A DNA stretch of 64,000 bases, from NCBI RefSeq assembly GCF_004010195.1, contig NC_057736.1, positions 14,120,062 to 14,184,061 on the forward strand, given 5' to 3'. A program made the position numbers and the translations under genes. Below are positions 42,171 through 53,320 of the stretch, one piece after another. The stretch comes from Chiloscyllium plagiosum (lineage: Eukaryota). Each line of letters begins with the position of its first letter. The stretch's first letter is position 1. A model generated the notes under the pieces. That model did not search any database. It was not told the origin of the DNA and saw only the letters and a list, made by a program, of their open reading frames with translations.

Positions 42171-45100
42171 AATATATGACCTTGTGACCTCTATGTCCAG
42201 GAACTGAAGAAAAATCAGAATTAAAAGAAATTGAAACCATATACTCGCATATCCCGACAGGCTCTGCTGTATCTTGGAGACCTCGGGACCTCTCCAACTG
42301 CATCCAGGGGTTAGGGACAAGGAGTTTTGATCATGGACATAAACTCCATCACCCACCCTTATTCCATTCAGAATAAAGTCTGCTTTCTACATGTTTTCCA
42401 CTGCATCTGTGGGTCAGAAGATAGTTATGGATGGGACAAGACTTTCAGCTCATCTACATTTATCCTAAAATTCCCAATGTTTCTGGAGTTTTGCCTCCAT
42501 ATGTCTATCTGGATTGCTTCCAAGTGGTAATCATTCTTTAGCTGAAGAAGAATTTCCTGACATCTGACTGAACCTGTATCACCATCCAATTTCCATACTG
42601 AAAATATTTTAGGTTAACATTTTCAATGCTTTTAACAACCTATGCACATGTACAGTCATCCTGCACAAGTCCCATTTCCAGACTGATTGATTAGCCCAAG
42701 TCTCACCAGTTGTTCCTCATAACACACTATGACACTGAAGTTCAGCCTTCCCAACATGGTGTCCAAAATGTCTTGTGTCTTTACAAACACATCTGTACTC
42801 AGTAGCAGGAGAACGTCTATCCAGAGTCCTGGGTGGTTCAACATTCCACAGACTTTGTTTATTGTTACTCTGCTCTAGTTTGACATGTTGACTTTACAAA
42901 GCTATTCAGCTTTATTCTGAGCTGATGTATCAACATTCATGGATGCTGTATGACTTTTGTTTCCTTCCTAAATCTGCATTTTGTCATGTTTGCCTGCATT
43001 AAGTTCCAATTCTCTCTAGAATTATTGAATGACATCACAGAAGATGACCACTTGAGCTATGAAGTATGTGCCAGCAATTTGGTATTGCTTTCCCCCAATC
43101 CTCTTCCTTTTTCCCCTTCAAGTATTTTACCAATTCACTTTTGAAAGTTACTAATTAATCCGTTCCACCTCACTTTCAAGCACTAAATTTCACATCACAG
43201 CTTGCTGATTAAAAGTGTTTCCTCATTGTTCTGCCCAGTTAAGTATTGCAATTAACCATCCTGTAATTTGAGTTGCATCTACCGATTTATCACTCCCCAG
43301 TTTGAAATTTAACAAAGACAAATCTAACTTTGTACTGAATTTCTGAACGTTTCTGCATTTATGCACAGTCACTGTATATTTGGTGATTTTGGTACGTGGA
43401 ACCCTTAATCTCTCTATTCATTTAGTTCCTAGCTTCTTGTCATTTTTTAAAAAATCTAATCTTTCTTTCCTCGCTCCTAGGTTCAAATCAGGTTATTTCA
43501 TGCTTCCTACATTAATAGGACAGATGGATTTTGATGTTCCTTTGCAATATTCCCTATTTATTGTCACCTAAATTGGTATCATCTGCAAACTTAAAATTTG
43601 CAGCTTTCTCTAAATTTTCATCTTCATTTAAAAAGTGAAAAATTGTGACCTAGCATCATGTGGTCATGTTGGGTTGCTGAGGAATAGTATTCCAATCATA
43701 GAATATGTTAAGCTCAAAGCTAACATGATTTAGGCTATTCTGGAAATGAATAAGAAATAATACAAATAAACTAAGAAGTTATTACTATTTTTAGCCTACT
43801 AACTGTCATGAGCAAGTTACTAAAATCTTTAGAAAGTGACCGAACAAATGAAGAAACAAACTAATCACAAACGTATGCTGTTCTCTCAGGTGGGTATGTC
43901 ATGCATAATTAACATAGTTGAATCTTTGAGTATGTAATTAAGGTTGTAGATCAGAAAATAGCCCAGCAGAAGAAACTTTTAGAACCCCATGTTGAGACCT
44001 GTCAGTGTCATGAAAAATATTGTAGTTAGGAATTTTATACAGAAGTTCCTATGTACTCAAAATTAAAACATTACAGATTCTGGAAATCTGAAATAGAAAC
44101 ACATGCTGGAATTGCTCAGCAAACCATTCTGATGACAAGTCATCATCAACTGTTTTTCTTACAATGCTACCTCACATGCTGAGTATTTATACTGTTTTCT
44201 GTTACAATTGAAAATTTTGATAATTCAATTTTAGGAAAAATATATGTTGAATAAAATATTCTTATAATATTTTTAAAATAAATTTATTCTGCCACTCCTG
44301 TCAAGTGTTATGTATTCATTCCAATTTGTAACTTGGTGAATTTTTGCAAACTCTATTACTCTACTGATTAATGTCACTTCTCTCAATTCAGCATGAAGAT
44401 TATATGACATAGGTGTAATCCCCAGTTACTGCACAATGAACCTAAAACACAAATGAACTGAAAACTGCATTCACTCTTGTGCAATATACAGACCAACAGA
44501 ATTCTTGGAAAATCCTAAATATTTTCAATATAAGTAAAGCTAATCAACCTCCAATTCTATTTTGTGATGTGAAGGAAATTATATTTTGATAATTTGATAT
44601 TATTTGACATGATTTCATTTGCAATGATTAGTCTATGAAGTTGAATGTTCTGCTCATGTTGGGGTCGAGAGTTGTTGGGATGATCTGTTGATAGAATCAG
44701 TTTTGAGTAGCTGAGTAAGCAGTGGTAACCTGGGAAAAAAGAAATATCTAACTTCTTCTTTAGTTAATAAGGTATTTCCAAGGCCCATGATGAACATTCA
44801 TTCAAAAATGGGGGAAATGTAATTCTACTCCATTGCGGTTCACCTGAATCACAGAAAGGACAGAACAGAATATGTGATTTGCTAGACAATAAAAGACAAT
44901 GGTTCATATAGTTGATGTTCTAACACTCTTCTGATTTTGCTGTGTTAGCATCAGAGTAACATCTGTACATTGCCAGTATTTCTGAATGTGGTTAGTGCTA
45001 GTTGATTGTAATAATAGTCATCATAAAAACCTAAATAGAGATGATCCAAATATAAGGAAGTTGTTGCCTGAAATAGCAATCAATCTCTCAATTAACTTAC

Positions 45101-45357
45101 AAAGTAGGGAAGGTCCATGGATTCTGCTACGTGTAAGTCTCTGAACTACCCAAAGATGTTCCATTTGCAAAGCTCAAGACAGGAATGTGCAGAAATACTA
45201 CACTCATGGCTGGATTAGTGCAGCTCCAATGACACCTGAAGCTTGATACCATCAAGAACAAAGAATCCCATCCAACAACAGTGCAATCTGACTATTGGAG
45301 TGCATCTTGTTTTTCAGTTACCTTCCTATTCCACATCCCTCACTGCCAAGGACAAGG

Positions 45358-45566
45358 TTTGGAGATGCCGGTGTTGGACTGGGGTGTACAAAGTTAAAAA
45401 TCACACAACACCAGGTTATAGTCCAACAGGTTTAATTGGAAGCACTCGCTTTTTGAGCACTGCTCCTTCATCACAACCACCTGATGAAGGAACAGAACTC
45501 CAAAAGCTAGTGCTTCCAATTAAACCTGTTGGACTATAACCTGGTGTTGTGTGATTTTTAACTTTG
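45358..45566. mobile_element. Inverted-repeat insertion of the third PLE-type family
   Basis: Arms from 45389 to 45566 (caaagttaaaaatcacacaacaccagg.../...cctggtgttgtgtgatttttaactttg); degenerate hammerhead at 45481; related copy at 35750-36070. Confidence 0.7.
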
Positions 45567-45889
45567 CCTAGGTCAAGGACAGCAAGTGCATGGGTTAATT
45601 ATTACTTACATATACCCCACCAACCTTATTTTAAAAACACTTTCACCCCTCTTGTTAGGTCAAAATCCTGGAATTCGTTTCCTAACAGCAGAGCAGGAAG
45701 GTGGCTCACCATCACCTTTTCTGCAATTACTGATGGGCAATAAAAGCTCGTGATACCCACAGCTGATTACCAAGTAATGGAAGATATTAAAATCTCAAGA
45801 GCTGCAATGCTTTGAGGAGCATAGTGCCATGTTTTTCCCTCCCACCATATGACATTGAACTGAGGTCCTGTCTCTGCCTGCAGACTGGC

Positions 45890-46280
45890 AGGGCATGGCC
45901 TTGCACAGCGCATGCTCCGGAGTAGCGGTGCAGTCTGTGAGCTCGGGCCTACCGACCCTGATTGTAAATGGGGAGGGGAGAGTGGACTCTCCTCCTCCTC
46001 GCCATGTAGCGGGCATTCTTCAGCCTTACTGCGGTAGGAGAGCTTCCCTGGGAACGGCGGGCCGAGATAGGGCGCTGACAGGGCTGGGCCCCGGTGTGAG
46101 AGAGACCCCTCCTCCCTTCCTGGGCCTCCCTCAGGTCGAGGAGGCTGGGCCTCCCAGGCCTGCTGCAGTACCCCCCCACCCCGCGCCTTGTGCAAATCCT
46201 TTCAGTCTTGTCGTGGAAAGCGGCCTCACGGGAATTTAACGCAATGTTTTCAGAACTTTTTAACCCGCGCTCTGACCCCA
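45890..46280 (+). promoter_or_regulatory. CpG-rich island, probable GPN2 promoter and non-coding first exon
   Basis: Local GC/CpG enrichment 2.4 kb upstream of the GPN2 first coding exon, which is preceded by a splice acceptor; NRF1-like GCGCATGC near 45908. Confidence 0.55.
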
Positions 46281-47033
46281 TTTTGAGGCTGTATAATTGT
46301 TGTGGTTCCTCAGCGAGCTCCTGAGAGTGGGGAGTAGGCAGGGCTGTAGAGGGGATTTGAGAGTGGGGGAAGTGATCATAGAGCTCCTCGGAGCAATTGC
46401 TGCCCAAACTGGGGAGTTCTGGTCTAGAGTGCTATCCTGTCGAGTCCTTGCTCTCTCTTCATACAGCCTCAAATGCCTGTCCAAATCCATTTTTAAAGTC
46501 ACCATTGAACCTGTTTCCAACCCTCTCTCAGGCTGTGCATACTCTATTTGAGGTGGTCAACTGTCCGGTAACTGAAGAGGTTAACTATTATTCTGATTGT
46601 ACAGATGTCTTTTGTCCACTATTTCCAGAACAGCCTGCAGGTCTATAAAATCAAAATACTGCGGGTGCCTTAAATTTGGAATTAAAAAAAGAAAATGCTG
46701 GAGAAACTTCGATCTGGCAGTGTCTGTAGAGAGAGAAACGGGGTTAATATTTTGAGTAAATGACTTCTTCAAGGCTTGCTTTCTTTTCCAGCATATGCTG
46801 TTCTCCATGCTTTTCCTCAGGGCACCTTTACTTCTATCCTTCTAGTGTTAAGTTTGAAGCATCCCTTATTTTGTTTCATAATGACAGTTATCTCGCTTCT
46901 TTTCCTAGCCACTCCATTCAAATTCTCAGATTGTCAAGGAACAATTTAAGTTTGTGTCCTGTGTTCATTGTCGAGTGACATAATCAATGTACAATATAGC
47001 TTTGGCAGAATGTTTTCAGATGGTTTTCATTGA

Positions 47034-48616
47034 AAAGTGGATAAAGCCCCAGGACCTGATCAGGGGTACCCTAGAACTCTGAGAAGCTAGGAAAGTGATT
47101 GCTAGCCCCCTTACTTAGATATTTGTATCATCGATAGTCACCGATGAGGTGCTAGAAAACTGGAGGTTGGCTAATACGGTGCCACTATTTAAGAAAGGTG
47201 ATAAGGACAAGCCAGGGAAGTATAGACCGGTGACCCTGATGTCAGTGATGGGCAAGTTATTGGAGGGAATCCTGAGGGACAGGATGTACATGTATTTGGA
47301 AAGGCAAGGACTGATTAGGGATAGTCAACATGGCTTTGTGCATGGGAAGTCATGTCTCACAAACTTGATTGAGGTTTTTGAAGAAGTAACAAAGAGGATT
47401 GATGAGGGCAGAACAGTAGACGTGATCAATATGGGCTTCAATAAGGCGTTTGACAAGGTCCCCCATTGAAAACTGGTTAGCAAGGTTAGACTTCACGGAA
47501 TACAGGGAGAACTAGCCATTTGGATACAGAACTGGCTCAAAGGTAGAAGACAGGGAGGTGGTGTAGGGTTGCTTTTCAGATTGGAGGCCTGTGACCAGTG
47601 GAGTGCCACAAGGATCAGTGCTGGGTCCACTACATTTTGACATTTATATAAATGATTTGGATGTGAGCATAAAAGATATAGTTAGTAAGTTTGCAGATGA
47701 CACCAAAACTGAAGCTGTAGTGGACAGCGAAGAGGGTTACCTTGGATTACAACGGGAACTTGATCAGCTGGACCAGTGGGTTGAGAAGTGGTAGATGAAG
47801 TTTAATTCGGATAAAAGCAAGGTGCTGCATTTTGGGAAAGCAAATCTTAGCAGGACTTATGCACTTAATGATAAGGTCCGAGGGAGTGTTGCTGAACAAA
47901 GTGGAGTGCAGGTTCATAGCTCCTTGAAAGTGGAGTCGCAGGTAGATAGGATAATGAAGAAGACATTTGGTATGCTTTCCTTTATTGGTCAGAGTATTGA
48001 GTACAGGAGTTGGGAGGTCATGCTGTGGCTGTACAGGACATTGGTTTGGCTACTTTTGGAATATTGCGTGCAATTCTGTTCGCCTTCCTATCAGAAAGAT
48101 GTTGTGAAACTTGAAAAGAAGAGTTCAGAAAAGATTTACAAGGATGTTGCCAGGGTTGGAGGATTTGAGCTGTATGGAGAGGTTGAATAGGCTGGGGCTG
48201 TTTTTCTTGGAGCGTCTGAGGCTGAGGGGTGACCTTATAGAGGTTTATAAAATCATGAGTGGCATGGATAGGGTAAATAGACAAAGTCTTTTCCCTGGGG
48301 TGGAGTAGTCCAGAACTAGAGGGCGTAGGTTTAGGGTGAGAGGGGAAAGATATAAAAAGAGACCTAAGGGGCAATTTTTTCATGCAGAGGGTGGTATGTG
48401 TATGGAATGAGCTGCCAGAGGAAGTGGTGGAAGCTCTTAGAATTGCAGCATTTAAAAGGGATCTGGATGTGTATATGAATAGGAATGGTTTGTGGAGGGA
48501 TATGGGCTGGGTGCTGGCAGGTGGGACTAGATTGGGTTGGGATATCTGGTCAGCATGGATGAGTTGGACTGAAGGGTCTGTTTCCATGCTGTACATCTCC
48601 ATGACTCTATGACTCT
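47034..48616 (+). mobile_element. 5'-truncated CR1 LINE in the GPN2 5'UTR intron
   Basis: QHGF, KAFDKVPH, GVPQGSVLGP, FADDTK; (ATGACTCT)2 tail. Confidence 0.9.
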
Positions 48617-48635
48617 GTCTTACAGGTCTGTGTCA

Positions 48636-49079
48636 ATGACGAACCCCAGAGATCCAGTTAAGATGTCAGAAGAGTCCAGGCCTCGTACTGTAATTTTTGG
48701 CCAGATAGTTATTGGGCCACCTGGCTCAGGGAAGACTACCTATTGCTTGGGGATGCAAGAGTTTCTCTCAAAACTAGGTCGCAAGGTGGCAGTAGTGAAT
48801 CTTGACCCTGCTAATGACCTCATTCCATACCAGTGTTGTGTGGACATTGGTGAGCTGGTGAAACTTGATGATGTTATGGATGGCCTTGGACTTGGCCCTA
48901 ATGGAGGACTCATTTACTGCATGGAATACTTGGAGGAAAATCTGGATTGGCTACTGGACAAGCTGGAACAATTCAAGGACTGTTATTTCCTTTTTGACTG
49001 TCCTGGTCAGGTGGAGCTGTACACACACAACTGCTCTGTGAGGAACATCCTTGCACAGTTAACCAAGTGGAATTTCAGG
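48636..49079 (+). CDS. GPN2: GPN2 first coding exon
   Basis: Acceptor ttacag at 48625, ATG at 48636 or 48663, donor GTAAAA. Confidence 0.92.
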
Positions 49080-51305
49080 GTAAAATCATACTCGAGGGCA
49101 AAGAATTTTGGAAACATGCAGCAAGTCAGTCAGCATTGATAGTGAGAATACCCAGTGTTTCAGGTGTGATTCTGAAAGCTTTACTTGAAGATTGCCCTTC
49201 TTTCCTGGTCAAAGAAGCTGCTTAAGATACCTAGACTGGTATGGCACTGAGTCGTATAGATCAGAGGTTTTGACTTCTCATCTGTACTCAGTTAGTGATT
49301 CTGTGAGGTTTATGATAGAGATGTTACAGTCAGTCTCCTGGGATTTTGGTTTGAGAAGGAGAAATATGGTGAGGGTTGCTGAGGGCAGGGCCCAACTCTG
49401 AGACTGAATCCATTGTCACTCATTGGGTACACCCACACTATGGGTAGTTGCTCAAGTGAAGAAAGCAGGGACATCTATCGCAACAGAAAGGGAAAGGAGA
49501 CAATAGGGAATGTACTGAAGTAATAGAGTAAGCTCTCACATGATGTTAATCTGTTTGTGTATCTTTGTGCAGCTAACAGCTGTCCATCTGGTAGATTCTC
49601 ACTACTGCACTGATCCTGCAAAGTTTATTTCCATCCTATGCACATCCCTATCCACCATGCTGCAAGTGGAGTTACCTCATGTCAACATCCTCTCCAAAAT
49701 GGATCTCATTGAACAGTTTGGAAAATTAGGTAAGGGATATTTGTAATAAAGTGGAAGAATTCATGGAACTGTTTGGAGGGAAGTTGAGTGATTCCTGAAC
49801 ACCAAGATCAATGAAGGACCTAAACCTATGACGGAATATATGGCCCTGTCTGGAAGAGCTGGGAGCCCTGGTGCTATAAGGAGGGGTAAACCATAAACTG
49901 GTGCTAATGTTAGCATCTGGATTTGCTAAAGTTCATTCTAATTTCCAATATTGATAATTTACAGCTGAAAATACTTTGCTTTCTGTTAATTCACTTTATA
50001 TTCATGTGATATTGAAAATACAGCTGTTGCCTTGTATGAAGAGGATGATATCACATGAGCTCTGGGCTATCAGCAAGTGTGAGCATTTGCTTGGACTAAG
50101 GTCTATTTTCTCTTTTTCAGCATTCAATCTAGATTATTATACTGAGGTGTTGGATCTGTCTTACCTGTTGGATCATTTAGCCAAAGACCCTTTCTTCAAA
50201 AGCTTTCGACGATTAAATAAGAAGCTGGTGGAAGTGATTGAAGATTACAGTCTGGTTTCCTTTATACCACTTAATGTGCAGGTGCATTGCTTCTTAGTAA
50301 CTGGTTTTCCAATAATATCAACAAACTTATAGGTGTTTCAGAATATTACAAACCTGTCAGGACACAGTATTACATCAATGAAACGATAGGGTGCAGCTTG
50401 AGTGTTGGATTTATGGTGTAACAATGTTGTGAAATGTGTGTTGGGATGCACAAAGATTGGGGTTAGTGCTTTGGTTGTATGGATGTATGAACACTCTCTT
50501 AATAAACATAGTGTAAGGGTTGTTCAAGTTTGAGAAACATTGATTTGGAGATAGTAAGAGGATATTTGAGTGTTGGGGGCGAATGTGTTTTCGGATCCAT
50601 GCAAAGCCTATATCAGTTTAGGGCATATCTCGGTGTGAATTTGAGGACTGGAGTTTAGATTGTCTGTAGATTATGCCAGTTCACACTGAAGATGTTTAAT
50701 TCACTTTGAAAGATGAAAATGATCTTTTTGTACAGGATAAAGAGACCATGAAGCATGTGATGAGGGCTGTCGATAAGGCCAACGGATACTGCTTTGGGGA
50801 CTCAGAGCAGAGAACTTTGGAAGCCATGATGTCTGCAGCTGTGGGAGCAGATTTCCAGTTCACCATGTATCCTTTATATGCTCTTATTAGCAACATTGGA
50901 TCTATAATTACTAGCTTAATATACTACAAACTGTGACAAGCTGCTGTTCATTAACTCTGTCTCTTTTCTTTCTCCCATCACCACCACCCACATTTTCACT
51001 TCTCTCCTCCTCCATACTCTGCCTCTCTCCCTTTCATGCCATCTCCATTCTGTGTGTCTCCCTCTTCTACCTTCCCTACCCCATTATTTGCTTGCACTTG
51101 CTTTGCTTTGCATGTCCTCTCTCTGCAGTCCTTTTTGCATTTTGTTACCCATTGGGACAATATTATTATTATTATCCTGTATATTTCCTTAGCGATGAGC
51201 AGGTCCATGGATGCTCAGGAGAAGTATGTGAAATCAACTGAGGAGAATGTGGAGGAGGAGCTGATGCAGCTCTCCCATGCGCGCACAGACTTTAACACAA
51301 CGTGA
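48636..51305 (+). CDS. GPN2: GPN-loop GTPase 2, spliced CDS, about 331 aa (322 aa if ATG 48663 is used)
   Basis: Exons 48636-49079, 49573-49729, 50121-50281, 50736-50866, 51203-51305. P-loop [18 protein letters not shown] motif [25 protein letters not shown] at 51582. Confidence 0.96.
49573..49729 (+). CDS. GPN2: GPN2 coding exon 2
   Basis: [20 protein letters not shown]...FGKL; gcag/GTAAG boundaries. Confidence 0.95.
50121..50281 (+). CDS. GPN2: GPN2 coding exon 3
   Basis: [17 protein letters not shown]...FIPLNVQ; ttcag/GTGCAT boundaries. Confidence 0.95.
50736..50866 (+). CDS. GPN2: GPN2 coding exon 4
   Basis: [21 protein letters not shown]...ADFQFT; followed by U12-type donor GTATCCTTT. 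Confidence 0.93.
50867..51202 (+). other. U12-type (minor spliceosome) GT-AG intron of GPN2
   Basis: 5' site GTATCCTTT; branch-like TTCCTTAGC 51185-51193 about 10 nt before AG; no pyrimidine tract between branch site and AG. Confidence 0.85.
51203..51305 (+). CDS. GPN2: GPN2 coding exon 5
   Basis: [33 protein letters not shown]; the junction aligns without gaps to recalled human FSSTLGIQEKY. Confidence 0.88.
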
Positions 51306-52719
51306 ATTCTTCAAATCGGTGCCTGTGGTGATTGGCTTCACTTGATAGAGACTCTAATGGAGTTAATGTCTCTCCAAATGCTTACTGGTTTCCTGTGTGG
51401 ATGTATATACAGGACATTTCCATACTTGTCACAGTTCAGCCATGGATTCACCCACTGATTGCTGCTGACTTCCTTCAGTCCATCTTGCTAATTGACTCCT
51501 TTTATTGCTTGGAGTGGAAATTTTTGAAAAATGAGTTATCTCCAGTATGTTGAATTGTTTTTTTTATATAAATAGGTATCCAATAAAGATGTTTTACTTT
51601 GCTATTTTCTCCTCCAAACAGTCTGTTTAGACAACTCAAAACTATGGAATCAAACACATCAGGCTTACCTTTTTTAATCATAGTGATTTTCTACTGTTCA
51701 TAGCCTTGTCCTGCAGCACCAGTCCTGAGAAGCCCAAAGGAAAATCATTTACTCCACCTTAGCTCATCCTGTACAGCAGACATCCCATCACCACATTCAT
51801 ATGCTGCATTCCTATATATGCCCTTTTTACCTGTTTTTATCTGTATTTCTCTGACCAGCTGCTGCACTTTATAGGAGATATTGTTACAGCTACTTCCATA
51901 ATGTTCACAAACCTCAGCAGAGTACTATCTTTCTATAGCATCGTTAACACAATGAAACATCCCAAACAACTTCACAGGAGCAATATTAAATAAGGTATGA
52001 CACTGAGGTACACATGATGTTAGGTCAGATGATCAAAGATGAAGGTTTTAAACTTCTGAAACGAATTTTCAACCTGGTATCATTTTAATGCTTAAAAATT
52101 AATGTGACTCCTAGATGTCAGTGGATACAAATGGCAATAACCAGTATAGTAACATTCAGTGTATAAGTATTAAAGTTTGGGTATTATAGGTGATGGTATA
52201 CTGAATGGATCAAATTAAATGAAAAACTGTTTCAAAGTGCTTTATAAAAATGCAATTACTCATAGAGCAGTGGTAGTGTCCCTATCCCTGGACTGAGAGG
52301 CTCAGGTTCAAGTCCCATGTGCTTCAGAGGTGTGTAAGACAATCTCTGAACAGGTTGATTAGAAAAATAGGTTAATTTTTAAAATTGCAATTACGTCATG
52401 CATTCAACAATCCCTGATGACAGGTGACTCGATGAAGCTGACCATAACATCCATACACCAATCAGCCCTATTTCATCTTACGTCCAGTGATTGGCCCATC
52501 TTCTTCTCCACCTAACTGACACATAGTAATCAGCATTGTTTCACCCTTGTACATACTGTAACAATCTTTCATTCCCCACCAACACTGTTCAACCCCTCTT
52601 TCCCCGACGCACGAACATATACATTTTGTGATCAACTTCCTCTCACTCCTCACCCTATACTCTAATCAGTGCAGTCCCCTCCCCCACACAGACATAGTAA
52701 TTGGCTCTGTCAGCAAGTC

Positions 52720-53320
52720 AATGGTGAGCATATACAGTAACAGGCAGCATTCAGATACAATGAGGAGCAAAGAATCTACATAGACAATAGAAATCTAGGT
52801 GAGAGGAGGCAGATTTTCAGAGGATGAACTTTTATCCTTTTCAGTAATCCCAGCAGCATGATCAATTCCTATCCTCTGTTACATCAGTATAGAGATGTTG
52901 AGAGGCATGGAAGTATAAGGTGTTTGTCTCCCTGCAGCCACCTTGCCCTCTGTCTCTGCTATTCTAATGCACTAGAAAGGCAAAGTATAAAAATATGGCA
53001 TTATCAAAGCTGTCAAGAATTCACGCATATCAAGCTGTGTCTGTCTTTGTAAACAATTTCCTGTTTAAGAAATGAAGTGTTTTGGTTTATAGAAGCGTGG
53101 GACTTATACATCGCAAATATTGCCATGGGGAAATCATTATCCCTACAACCCCAGGAGATCTGATAAAGCGAACACTCTCATTCCAGTGAGACTACTATCA
53201 AATTGTGTAAATGGCATTGTTCTGTAATGTGATGAATGACAAATGTCACCTGTGACATAAACATTGAGAGCTGTGGTCATTTTCTGTGGCAGAGTTGGCA
53301 TGACTTCAGCTGCACAACTG
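52720..53320 (-). mobile_element. Decayed PIF/Harbinger-like transposase remnant
   Basis: TLPQKMTTALNVYVTGDIC and RWLQGDK resemble Harbinger K.T.ALNF.A.G...GDIC and GWLLGDKGY motifs; many stops and frameshifts. Confidence 0.5.

Noticed and set aside
45767-46551. Several 100-150 aa ORFs in the CpG island
   Set aside because: Expected from stop-codon scarcity in GC-rich DNA; low complexity and no recognisable homology.
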